Source of the DNA: Candidatus Marinacidobacterales bacterium
Lineage (GTDB): Bacteria; Acidobacteriota; Vicinamibacteria; Marinacidobacterales; DATDRI01
Direction: 5' to 3'
Length of the DNA stretch: 64,000 nt
Assembly: GCA_965226495.1 (NCBI GenBank)
Contig: OZ245365.1
Coordinates: forward strand, 2,688,001 to 2,752,000
Shown here in pieces: positions 10,607 to 19,499 of this stretch (the stretch's first letter is position 1; the number at the start of each line of letters is the position of its first letter). The notes beneath the pieces are model-generated. The model searched no databases and was not told the DNA's origin. It worked only from the letters and a program-made list of their open reading frames with translations. The translations under genes and the position numbers were made by a program.

Positions 10607-13600
10607 CTAAGCGAGAGAGAGATAAAGCGTCGCTGCCTGCCCCTCCATCTCGACCTCACGCTTGTGCGCCTCATTCAGCCAATCTCCGTCGTTGACGAGC
10701 TCGACACACAGGGTCTCCCCCATCAAGTGCTCTCGGCGTTTCTCGACGATCTCGTTGAGGCGCTCGGAACCCTGAATCCCGAGGCGGATGCGCTGCGTGT
10801 ACTCGAGCTCTAGCTCTTTGCGGAAGTTCTGAATGCGGCTCAAGAGCTCGCGATAGATCCCCTCTTCGATCAACTCGGGCGTGAACTCGGTACTCAGGAC
10901 GACCACCGACGTCAGATCCCCGGCGGCGGCATAGCCTTCCTTGGCCTCGACCACAACTTCTACGTCTTCGAGCTCCAAAGACAGCATGTCGCCAGCGACC
11001 TCGATGTCGGCGCTGCCTTTCTCGAGGAGCGATTTGCGCAAAGCTGCGCCGTCGGCCTTGGCAAGGGCCTTCTTGAGAAGCGGCATGGTCTTCCCGAGCT
11101 TCGGACCCAAGCGGCGAAAGTTGGGCTTGATGCCGTAGCGAACGTGCTCCTCGGCACCGGGAACGAAGTCGACCTCCATGACGTTCAGCTCCTCGGCGAT
11201 GAGCTCGCGGTACTTCCCGATACGCTCTTCTATATCGGGATGGGAGAGAATGATTTCCGCCCGGGCGAGCGGCTGCCGCACCTTGAGCTTGTGGTTGGTG
11301 CGGACCCGAAGGCCGATGGATACGATATCGCGCACCGTCGCCATCTCTTCGCTCAAAGCCCGGTTGATCCGAGTCGTATCCGCCTTGGGGTAGTCCTCTA
11401 GGTGGACACTTGCCCGAACGTCTTCTCCCCCCGGCCCCTTGACCAAGTTCTGATATATCTCCTCGGTCATGAAGGGAACGAATGGAGCCGCTAGCCTGGC
11501 CACCGTGCCTAGGGCCTCGTAAAGTGTCGCATAGGCGTCGACCTTGTCCTCGTCCATTCCGGACTTCCAAAATCGTTGACGACTCCGCCTCAGGTACCAA
11601 TTCGAGAGACCATCGACAAAGTTGGAGAGCTCCCTCGCCGCCTCGTAGGCCCGGTAGCTATCCATGCGCCCGATCACTTCCTCGGTGAGGAGAGCTAACT
11701 CCGAAAGGATCCAGCGATCCAAAAGAGCCCGTTCCGCGATGGGACGCCCCTTCATCGCCAGCGGATCGAACTCGTCGATGGCGGCGTAGATCGTGAAGAA
11801 CGAATAAACGTTCCGGAGCTTCAGCGGGAACTCCTTCTGAAGCGATCTCACGTTGCTAAGCGAGTGCCGGGTGGGGTTCCACGGTGGATTGGCACCTAGA
11901 AAAAACCAACGGAAGGCATCCGCGCCCGGGGCGGGCGTCTTCGCGTCTTCGAGTACGAGCCTCTCGTTCTCGGGAAGGCGGGTGACCTCGGACGGAGGCA
12001 CCTTGGCGCCCCTCTCGGTCGACGTGACACCTAATGCAGCGCGATCCGCCTCCGACAAAAGGACGAGCCTGCGCGGTAGCCCCTTCGCGGCGTCGACGAG
12101 AAGCTCACGCGCATCGCCTTCTTTCCCGACCGGGTAGACCTTGATAGCCGCGCCCGGCGACAGATCGAGGCCCTGCAGGTCCTCTCGCGCGACCAACACC
12201 GTCCCCTCTTTCGGTTTGGCGTCGACTTGGTCCTGACTCACAACGGCGAACTCCATCGCCACGCGGTCCAGGATCACGTCCGGCGGGGTGTAGTTGCCCT
12301 TCGACTTCGACTCTTTCTTTCCAGTGGGGTCGGTCACGTGACCGAGCACGATGCAGACCCGATACGGATGTGGATAGTCGGTCGCCTCTAGCTTCAGACG
12401 CTTCGTCGTCTCTTTGTCGAAGACCAACGTCGAGATCATCAGGAGTGAATAGAACCAACCGCGGGTCTGGTCGATCGCTTCGGTAATGAAATCCGCCGGA
12501 AAGCTGCGCTCGAATTCTTCCCTGCCTTGGTGTGGGAATCCCCATTGCGCGAAGGGCATGCTCCCGGAATCGAACCAGCCGTCGATGACCTCCGGAACTC
12601 TGCGATAAACGCCGGCCTCACCCGGCTCCGTCCAAGTAACGTGATCGATCCACGGCTTGTGGACGATGAGGTGCTCGGAAAGAGTGGGATCTTTCGCCCG
12701 CGCTTTTTCGAAGGCCTCGAACGCCGATGGATTTTTCCCTAGTATTTCCGCAATCGACGATGGCGCCGCCATCTTCCCGGTCTGGTCGTTGATCCAGATA
12801 TTGAGTGGTGTTCCCCAGTAACGCTCCCTCGAAAGGGCCCAGTCGACATTGTTCGCCAAGAAATCCCCGAAGCGACCTTCCTTGATGTGCTCGGGGAGCC
12901 ATTCGACAGTGCGGTTGTTACGGATGGCATCGTCAATCCGGGCGGTGGTTCTGATGAACCACGCCGGCCGGGCGTACTGGATAAGTGGGTCTTCGTCGGC
13001 CCGCCAGCAAAAGGGGTAGTCGTGGCGATAATTCTCGCGATGAAGGAGAGTGCCGCGTTCCTTCAAAAACCGAACTATCTCAGAATCGGCATCCTTGACC
13101 CACTTGCCTTCGAGAATCGGGATTTCCTCGCTGAAGGTTCCGTCGGGGCGAACCGCACAAAATAACGGCACGGCATCTGGATCCTTGTACGTCGCGATAG
13201 TGGCGCGATGAAGCTCATGGTCTACTTCACCAAAGGCTGGTGCCTCGTGCACGAGGCCGGTCCCTTGGTCGAGCTCTACGAAGTCGGCCGCCAAAACTTT
13301 CCAGAACATAGGTGCCCTACCGCCGTCCTTGAGCTCGACCTCTTTGTCGCCGTGATTACGGTAGTAATCATCAAACGGGGGTTTGTAGCGCCGCCCTACC
13401 AGCTCCTTGCCGGTGAGCTCACGCTCGACGGGAAGCTCCTCACCGATCTTGCCCGCGACCGTCTCTCGCAATGCTGCCGCCACGATCAGCTTGCGACCGC
13501 CCTGTCGCACGACGACATAGTCGACCTCCGGTTTCACGGCAGCGTACATGTTGGACGGAAGCGTCCAGGGAGTCGTCGTCCAAACGAGAAGAGACGTATC

Positions 13601-14248
13601 GGGCTCGTCGAGTAACGGGAAGGCCACGTAGACCGAAGGGTCGTCGACCGGCTTGTATCCCAATCCAACTTCCGCCGAGGAGAGTGCGGTGCCTCCTTGC
13701 GCCCACCACCAGACGACCTTGTGCCCTTGATACAGCAGATCTCTCTTGAAAAGCTCCGAGAGCGCCCACCAAACACTTTCAACGTAGGTGCGGTGGTAGG
13801 TGACGTAGGCATCGGGAAGATCGACCCAAAAGCCGATCCTCTCGGTCATCCGCTCCCAATCTTGCGTGTAACGGAACACCGAGTCGATGCAGCGAGATAT
13901 AAACGCTTCGACACCGTATTCTTCGATCGCGGCTTTGCCGTGGATGCCGAGCTCTTTTTCTACTTCCACCTCGACGGGTAGACCGTGGGTGTCCCAACCC
14001 CCCTTGCGCGGCACCAAGAACCCCCGCATGGTGCGATAACGCAGAAAAACGTCCTTCGAAACTCGCGTCAGCACGTGCCCATTGTGCGGTACGCCGTTTG
14101 CGGTGGGCGGTCCCTCGTAAAAGACAAAGGGTTTGGCGTCCCGACGCAGCTCGAGACTCTTCTTGAAGATCTCGTTTTCGCGCCAGAAATCCCCGATCTT
14201 CCCCTCGACTTCGGGGAAATTCACGATGGGATCGGCTTTTTCGAACAT
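10607..14248 (-). CDS. ileS: Isoleucine--tRNA ligase, type 2 (no C-terminal zinc finger)
   Basis: FYEGPPTANG-HNGH, GWDTHGLPVE, WTTTPWTLPSN, DWALSRERYWGTP, EAIDQTRGWF, KESKS. Confidence 0.96.
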   Translation of the reverse strand: MFEKADPIVNFPEVEGKIGDFWRENEIFKKSLELRRDAKPFVFYEGPPTANGVPHNGHVLTRVSKDVFLRYRTMRGFLVPRKGGWDTHGLPVEVEVEKELGIHGKAAIEEYGVEAFISRCIDSVFRYTQDWERMTERIGFWVDLPDAYVTYHRTYVESVWWALSELFKRDLLYQGHKVVWWWAQGGTALSSAEVGLGYKPVDDPSVYVAFPLLDEPDTSLLVWTTTPWTLPSNMYAAVKPEVDYVVVRQGGRKLIVAAALRETVAGKIGEELPVERELTGKELVGRRYKPPFDDYYRNHGDKEVELKDGGRAPMFWKVLAADFVELDQGTGLVHEAPAFGEVDHELHRATIATYKDPDAVPLFCAVRPDGTFSEEIPILEGKWVKDADSEIVRFLKERGTLLHRENYRHDYPFCWRADEDPLIQYARPAWFIRTTARIDDAIRNNRTVEWLPEHIKEGRFGDFLANNVDWALSRERYWGTPLNIWINDQTGKMAAPSSIAEILGKNPSAFEAFEKARAKDPTLSEHLIVHKPWIDHVTWTEPGEAGVYRRVPEVIDGWFDSGSMPFAQWGFPHQGREEFERSFPADFITEAIDQTRGWFYSLLMISTLVFDKETTKRLKLEATDYPHPYRVCIVLGHVTDPTGKKESKSKGNYTPPDVILDRVAMEFAVVSQDQVDAKPKEGTVLVAREDLQGLDLSPGAAIKVYPVGKEGDARELLVDAAKGLPRRLVLLSEADRAALGVTSTERGAKVPPSEVTRLPENERLVLEDAKTPAPGADAFRWFFLGANPPWNPTRHSLSNVRSLQKEFPLKLRNVYSFFTIYAAIDEFDPLAMKGRPIAERALLDRWILSELALLTEEVIGRMDSYRAYEAARELSNFVDGLSNWYLRRSRQRFWKSGMDEDKVDAYATLYEALGTVARLAAPFVPFMTEEIYQNLVKGPGGEDVRASVHLEDYPKADTTRINRALSEEMATVRDIVSIGLRVRTNHKLKVRQPLARAEIILSHPDIEERIGKYRELIAEELNVMEVDFVPGAEEHVRYGIKPNFRRLGPKLGKTMPLLKKALAKADGAALRKSLLEKGSADIEVAGDMLSLELEDVEVVVEAKEGYAAAGDLTSVVVLSTEFTPELIEEGIYRELLSRIQNFRKELELEYTQRIRLGIQGSERLNEIVEKRREHLMGETLCVELVNDGDWLNEAHKREVEMEGQAATLYLSLA

Positions 14249-14357
14249 AGTAACGCGTTAGTTTACCCTAACTTGTGGCAGGAGTGCGTGGCGACACTAG
14301 AACTAGAGACAAGGAGCATCGCAACTCAGTCCGGACCTGGCTGCAAAACCTCAGTGT

Positions 14358-14640
14358 CTAGGTGTCCAACAGGCGGCCCGCTTCGCGGTGACCGCAGATC
14401 GGACACGCTGTTTTGAAGCGAGTTGCACCCAGCACAACGCTCAACTCCTCTCCGCATTCAGAGCAGTTGGCGGGAACCCCTCGTCGAACGTGGTCCGGCG
14501 TCACGGCGAGCCAGCGGCTCTCGAATACGCTAATCACGAACATGAGCGCCCAGAACGCCAGCGCCAACAGCGAGTGTCAAGAGGATGATCAGGCCGACCG
14601 CCGCCGCGGCAGACCAGCCAACGAGTGTCAAGAGGATGTG
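14358..14640 (-). pseudogene. Small membrane/Zn-ribbon protein, apparently frameshifted
   Basis: CSEC..CPIC C-terminus; upstream hydrophobic HILLTLVGWSAAAAVGLIILLTL lies in a different frame; 17-bp direct repeat at 14571 and 14622. Confidence 0.35.
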
Positions 14641-14852
14641 CAACCCCCGACGATTAGATAGCCGAAATGAAGGGTGAATCTTTCTTCGTGTTGGCCGTTC
14701 AACTCTCGACCTCCTTCATTCCATTATAGGGTCGCGTCAACGCGCCCCAACCACCTATCTGGACAACTTCATTTCTTCAGAGAATCCTCAGAATTCGCCG
14801 CCAACATAGCGGTTAGATTCAGGAGCGGTAGGCCAACGTGGAAAGGACAACA

Positions 14853-15483
14853 ATGGGAACATGCAACCTACTTCAAAGATGGCTCCTCATAATGGGCTTT
14901 CTCTCGCTGTCTTCCGTCTTGCTACCCGCGGCGACTGCCGAGGCGCAAGAAGAAGGGCTCGAACGCGGCAGCCAGCTCATCACTAAGCAACGGGGAGAAC
15001 AAAGACACCAAGGAGTTCGAAAGCGATTGGGCTTTCGGGGGAAGCTACCAGTACTACTTCACCCCCAACTTGAGCGTAGAAGCCAGCGTCACCTTCGCCA
15101 CCGGTGACGCCGAGATCGGCGATGATCTGGAAGACAGCGACGACCAAGGGGATGATGAGAACGGTGAGACCGAGGGTGAAGAAGCTGGAGAAATAAGCGG
15201 TGACGCGCTCTATTTCACCGGCGGCATCGTCTATAACTTCCGTCCTAAAGGCAGGTTCAAGCCGTACGTGACCGGGGGGGCGGGCCTGGTCAGAATCAAC
15301 CTCGACGGAAATAACGAGTCGCGTCCCGCGGGCATATTCGGCGGCGGCTTCATGCTCAACGTGTCACAATCGCTGCTGGTACGTGTCGACGCCCGGGACC
15401 ACCTTTACACCGTGGACCAGGGGGGAGGCTCGACGACACGCAACGATTTGTCTTTGACGGGCGGTGTATCCGTCAAGTTCTAG
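14853..15483 (+). pseudogene. Outer-membrane beta-barrel protein, frameshifted near 14985
   Basis: Signal peptide (AEAQEE) is in one frame; barrel strands (AFGGSYQYYFTPNLSVEAS, KPYVTGGAG, terminal F) are in another frame with no start codon before them. Confidence 0.7.
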
Positions 15484-15812
15484 GCAGCGCTCCCGAGGCT
15501 TCTAAGGGTTTTGGCTCGCCTCGTCGTCATGTGATAGCATTCCCGCCCAGTGCGCTTCGAAAGCAGGGTTTGGGACACTCTCCCCGGCGGTCTGCCGGGG
15601 CCGTGCTGGCATGGCTTCTGCGTCGAAACCACGGTCGCACGAAACTCCTCCTCGCCCTCAACAGTCAACCAGAGGGCAGAATGAGTGTGCTCCTCATGCC
15701 GAACCATTCCCTTGTCGAAAACCGCGCGGTGGGCTGTTAAGATATTACTTTGGGGAGGTCATATGATTTTTTGGACCACACGGGAACGCGAGCCCAGAGT
15801 AAAGGCGAGCTA

Positions 15813-16862
15813 ATGTCGAAGACTGCATCGCTCCAAGAGGCCCAAGCGGTAACCGAAGGTAAGGAGGACACCGTCGGCGACTCGTTTCGGGAGCTCCGAA
15901 ACCTTCTACGCCAACGCAAATGTTTCGAACGCACGCCGGCCGTGTACTTTGTCCTGACTGTCTTGTCGGTCGGCACTTTTGTCGCCGCGTATTACTCGTC
16001 ACTTGCGTCGGCCGGTCTAGTCACACTGATCGCGTCCCTCGCGCTGGCCAGCGCGTGCGGCGTTCAGCTGGCGTATATCGCTCATGACGCCGGCCATGGC
16101 CATATCTCCCGACACGGCTTCGTCAACAAACTCGTGGGGCACATTGCTCTAACGATTACATCCGGTTACGCATTCTCCAGCTGGACTCGCACTCATGACC
16201 AACATCACAGACGCCCGAATGTCGTGGCCCTCGATCCCGATGTCGACACCAAGTGGGTGGTCCTCCATGACTGGGCTCGACCGAAGACGCGGTTGCAGAG
16301 ACTGACGACGCGCCTCCAACATTGGATACTCGTTCCCTACTACACGGTGCATTTGTTCGAGCTCCGACTCCGCGGATTGAAGGACGTTCTGGCATTGCGG
16401 CTTCGTGCAGACGCGCTAGGGCTGGTGCTGCACGTCGTTGGATTTTTGGTTCTGCCGGCGCTCGCGTTTCCTCTTCACAGAGTTCTAGTCTGCTACGTCG
16501 CCCTGTCGGCTGGCAGCGGACTCTACTACGGTCTCATTTTCGCCGTGAACCACATCGGAGCGACGTACCTCCGCTCACACAAGGAAGTTGACTTCGTACG
16601 GCTGCAGGTGCTGAGCAGTCGTAACGTTCTGACGGGTCGATTTGGCGACTTCGTGATGGGAGGCCTCAACTGGCAAATCGAGCACCACTTGTTGCCCCGC
16701 CTTCCGCGCTTTCGGTTACGTAGCGCCAGCGAGTCGATACGGGAATTCTGCGCCCGCCAAGCGCTGCATTACGAGTCAGCCCCCTTCTCCGAGGCGCTGG
16801 GCGCGGTGTTCCGGCATCTCCAGAGACTCTCGCGCGGAGGGGAACAGGCAGGCGACACGTAG
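15813..16862 (+). CDS. Membrane fatty acid (acyl-CoA) desaturase
   Basis: His boxes HDAGH, HDQHH and QIEHH. Confidence 0.9.
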   Translation: MSKTASLQEAQAVTEGKEDTVGDSFRELRNLLRQRKCFERTPAVYFVLTVLSVGTFVAAYYSSLASAGLVTLIASLALASACGVQLAYIAHDAGHGHISRHGFVNKLVGHIALTITSGYAFSSWTRTHDQHHRRPNVVALDPDVDTKWVVLHDWARPKTRLQRLTTRLQHWILVPYYTVHLFELRLRGLKDVLALRLRADALGLVLHVVGFLVLPALAFPLHRVLVCYVALSAGSGLYYGLIFAVNHIGATYLRSHKEVDFVRLQVLSSRNVLTGRFGDFVMGGLNWQIEHHLLPRLPRFRLRSASESIREFCARQALHYESAPFSEALGAVFRHLQRLSRGGEQAGDT

Positions 16863-16979
16863 GCTCGGCCGCACGGCCTGTCCGCGAGTTCTTGACGCAT
16901 ATTGTTACTTTTGGTTACTCGGTCCAGACCCTAGTTGCGCGGCTGGCTCACGTCCAGTCTCGACTGGGGGCGGAAGAAG

Positions 16980-16996
16980 TGGCGTCCCCAAGGGGA
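16980..16996 (-). mobile_element. att remnant: copy of the tRNA-Glu 3' end
   Basis: tggcgtccccaagggga matches 29321-29337 at 16/17 positions. Confidence 0.75.
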
Positions 16997-17033
16997 AATT
17001 CCCAGAAGTACACGCGGATTGGCGGAGGCCAGC

Positions 17034-18119
17034 TTAGTGCCGGGAGTCAATGAGATGGCTAGCCACAGGCCGAAAAGTCAACGAGTAGACCGGCCCGGGC
17101 TCGCGTGCGAGGCTGCCTGATCGCCGGTACCTCTCCATCGTTTCTTTGCCGTAGTCAATCTCAGCTTGGTACCCGTTGTGTGCGGGACACATCATCTGGA
17201 CATTTGTGGGGCTATGGTCACCGTCGCGGGCATAGGGCTGGCGATGGTGAAACTCCAGTCCATGGCGTTCGCGACAGCGTCTACCTCGTGCGTCCACGAA
17301 GGTGCACTGATTTCCGTCCCGCTCGGCAACCGCGCGTCTCACGGGGGCCGGGATATAACGTGACGACGGTGACGTATCGGTCTCTTCGACGCTCTTCCTG
17401 GGGGCTTTCGACTTCCCAAAGCGCCGCGACTCCAGTCGTTCGAGCTTTTCGGTCACCGCCTCTTCTATGATCGCCCCCAGGTCGCCGTCGGGAACCGAGC
17501 CTCGCATGAGCCCGCGCAGTCGCTCGATCTTGTCCTTCAGCTCCGCGCTGGCTGTGAATTGGATTTTGTAGCGAGAAGGCGCTAACGGCTCAACCGGCCT
17601 CAGCCCTTCGGGCTTCGACGACACAACTTGGTCCGGACCTAGTTGAGGTGCCGACGGCCGTTTTGTTTTTGCCCGGGGTACGGGTAGCTTGCGCATCGTC
17701 GTGGGAACGTCCGGCTTGGGTGAGAGCTCGGCCACGAGCTCCTCGATTTCCCGCTTCGACTTGTGTACTGCACGGGCTAGCAAGGTCTCTCGATTGGCCT
17801 CCGTGAGCAGCGGCGCGATCTTCGCGATACTGCTCAAGTGAAGGCGCCCGTCCTCCAGCATCACTAGAAGGACCGGATGCCTTCGCGACGCACGCGCCAC
17901 CGCAATCCGCAGATAGGCTTCCCACTCTGACAGATGCAGGACGTCCGTACAGTACGCGAACATCGACGAGCAAGCTTCACGTGCGTAGAGGCGCCGCTCG
18001 TCTACCTCGGCAATGTGTGCGACCAACTCCGACTCGACGCGTCGCGATTCTTGCACCAGCCCCGATAGGCGGCGAAGTAGATCATCATCCGAAATCGATT
18101 TCAATAACTGCTTAAACAT
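17034..18119 (-). CDS. HNH endonuclease with helical N-terminal (DUF222-like) region
   Basis: RYIPAPVRRAVAERDGNQCTF...LEFHH...N...C.AHN; GAGGA RBS before the ATG at 18119. Confidence 0.85.
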   Translation of the reverse strand: MFKQLLKSISDDDLLRRLSGLVQESRRVESELVAHIAEVDERRLYAREACSSMFAYCTDVLHLSEWEAYLRIAVARASRRHPVLLVMLEDGRLHLSSIAKIAPLLTEANRETLLARAVHKSKREIEELVAELSPKPDVPTTMRKLPVPRAKTKRPSAPQLGPDQVVSSKPEGLRPVEPLAPSRYKIQFTASAELKDKIERLRGLMRGSVPDGDLGAIIEEAVTEKLERLESRRFGKSKAPRKSVEETDTSPSSRYIPAPVRRAVAERDGNQCTFVDARGRRCRERHGLEFHHRQPYARDGDHSPTNVQMMCPAHNGYQAEIDYGKETMERYRRSGSLAREPGPVYSLTFRPVASHLIDSRH

Positions 18120-18804
18120 TCCTCGTCCCTCCACAGCACTAATATAGCAACGCACTTTTTTTGGCCTTGAGACGACGTGAGTCGGGAGGAACGCGCTTCG
18201 ACGCCGTTTTTGTCTCGAAGCTTGTACGCGTTGACTAGAGCGTCAACGTCAACTAGAGAGATGGCACCGCGAAAACATCAGAGAAGCTAGCAAAACTTGT
18301 TGTGGGATCTTGTCAAGAGAAAATTATTTTTTTTTCTTGGAGGGACATTGGGGGACATCGTTCAGTCGGTGGGGCAGCTCGCAACCACGAGGAGCCCTCC
18401 CCTATCCGCCCGGGCCGTCGGCGCGCCGGTAGCTATCGAGAGCCTCGAGCCCAACGTGCCACTCTGCGCGATGCGCCGCTTTGGCCTTCCCTGCACCACC
18501 GCGACGTCATGCGTCGCGGGCTACCATTCTTGGTGGATCTCGGGTACCGTAGCGGCGAGGTGGCGCAGGTGGCGCATGCTCGGAAAGAGCTTGTCAGAGT
18601 ATTTGAAATTTCAGAACTGGGTCCTCGTGGTCGAGGTCATACCGCAGCACACGTGAGGAAGTCACGACTAGCGGTCCGACCAGGCCGACCCAGATCCCGC
18701 GTAGTCCGCAACGCCAACGAACAAAAATGCCGGTCACTCGAGTGCTAGTTTCTCCGATCACTACCCGTCCCCACGAGACGCAATAGAGACCATCAGTAGT
18801 CGTC

Positions 18805-18987
18805 ATGGAAGAACAAGTCGTCTTCTGCTGCCCGCACTGCTTGCAGCACTCGTCGGTAACCGTCAATCTGGCCGCCAGGCGCCAGGAGTTCGTTGAAGAC
18901 TGTCAGGTCTGTTGCGCGCCCATTGCGTTCGATATCGAGGTCCGAAACAGCGAAGTCGTTCGCATGGACTACCAGGGGGCAAACTGA
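18805..18987 (+). CDS. CPXCG-type cysteine-rich small protein
   Basis: CPHC...QEFVEDCQVCCAPI. Confidence 0.75.
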   Translation: MEEQVVFCCPHCLQHSSVTVNLAARRQEFVEDCQVCCAPIAFDIEVRNSEVVRMDYQGAN

Positions 18988-19104
18988 TCGCTTGCTGCCG
19001 CTGAATTCGACGATGATTTCATAAGGCTAACGAATCCGAATCCCTCGTTTCCCCACCCAAAGTTGCCTGGTCGTCATGGTTCCCCTCTCAAGTCATTGAT
19101 TATG

Positions 19105-19165
19105 TGGCGTCCCCAGGGGGAGCTATACCCTTTTACGTAAACGGTACGGTGCGGGTGGCGTGACT
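19105..19165 (-). mobile_element. att remnant: 18-bp tRNA-Glu 3' end plus conserved element end
   Basis: 19105-19122 is identical to 29321-29338; both are preceded by aagtcattga; the remainder repeats at 25000-25051. Confidence 0.85.
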
Positions 19166-19168
19166 GGT

Positions 19169-19289
19169 GATGGCGACTTCACGGCCGAGCTTGGTGTCCC
19201 GGGCGCGGTAGACCTCTCCCATTCCCACCCGCGCCAATGGGTTCGAGGATCTCATAGAGACCTAGCTTGGTGCCAGCTTCGAGTGCCAT
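19169..19289 (-). pseudogene. Ser/Thr kinase N-terminal fragment
   Basis: MALEAGTKLGLYEILEPIGAGG, a 1-bp insertion, then MGEVYRARDTKLGREVAI; near-identical to the start of 19500..22223. Confidence 0.85.
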
Positions 19290-19292
19290 GAG

Positions 19293-19455
19293 TCAGTTCG
19301 TCGGGACGAGACGCTTCAATTCTTCAAACCAGTTCTGCACGAGGATGAGCTCCGCAGGAGGGGTGTCGTCGCCCGCACCGCCCGCCTTGATCATCAAGAA
19401 ACGCTCACCGTTGGGAGACACGTCGTAGCTACGACCGGCCACTGCAGAAGAGTAA
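19293..19455 (-). pseudogene. Ser/Thr kinase-propeller C-terminal fragment
   Basis: SYDVSPNGERFLMIK...LVQNWFEELKRLVPTN, paralogous to the end of 22227..24887. Confidence 0.8.
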
Positions 19456-19499
19456 TAGGCTCGTAAACCGGGCATGGCTTGCAGCTCCTCAAAGAGACA

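Noticed and set aside
11930-12266. Intein in IleRS
   Set aside because: No N-terminal C/S or C-terminal HN-[C/S/T] splice motifs
14249-14350. T-box leader upstream of ileS or valS
   Set aside because: No T-box (GGTGGNACCGCG) consensus seen upstream of either gene
17034-18300. IscB/omega-RNA (HEARO) system
   Set aside because: No PLMP, RuvC or RRXRR motifs; the GTTGAC/GTCAAC similarity is too short
18297-18790. ORFs between the HNH and CPXCG genes
   Set aside because: No convincing RBS, motif or composition; probably decayed island DNA
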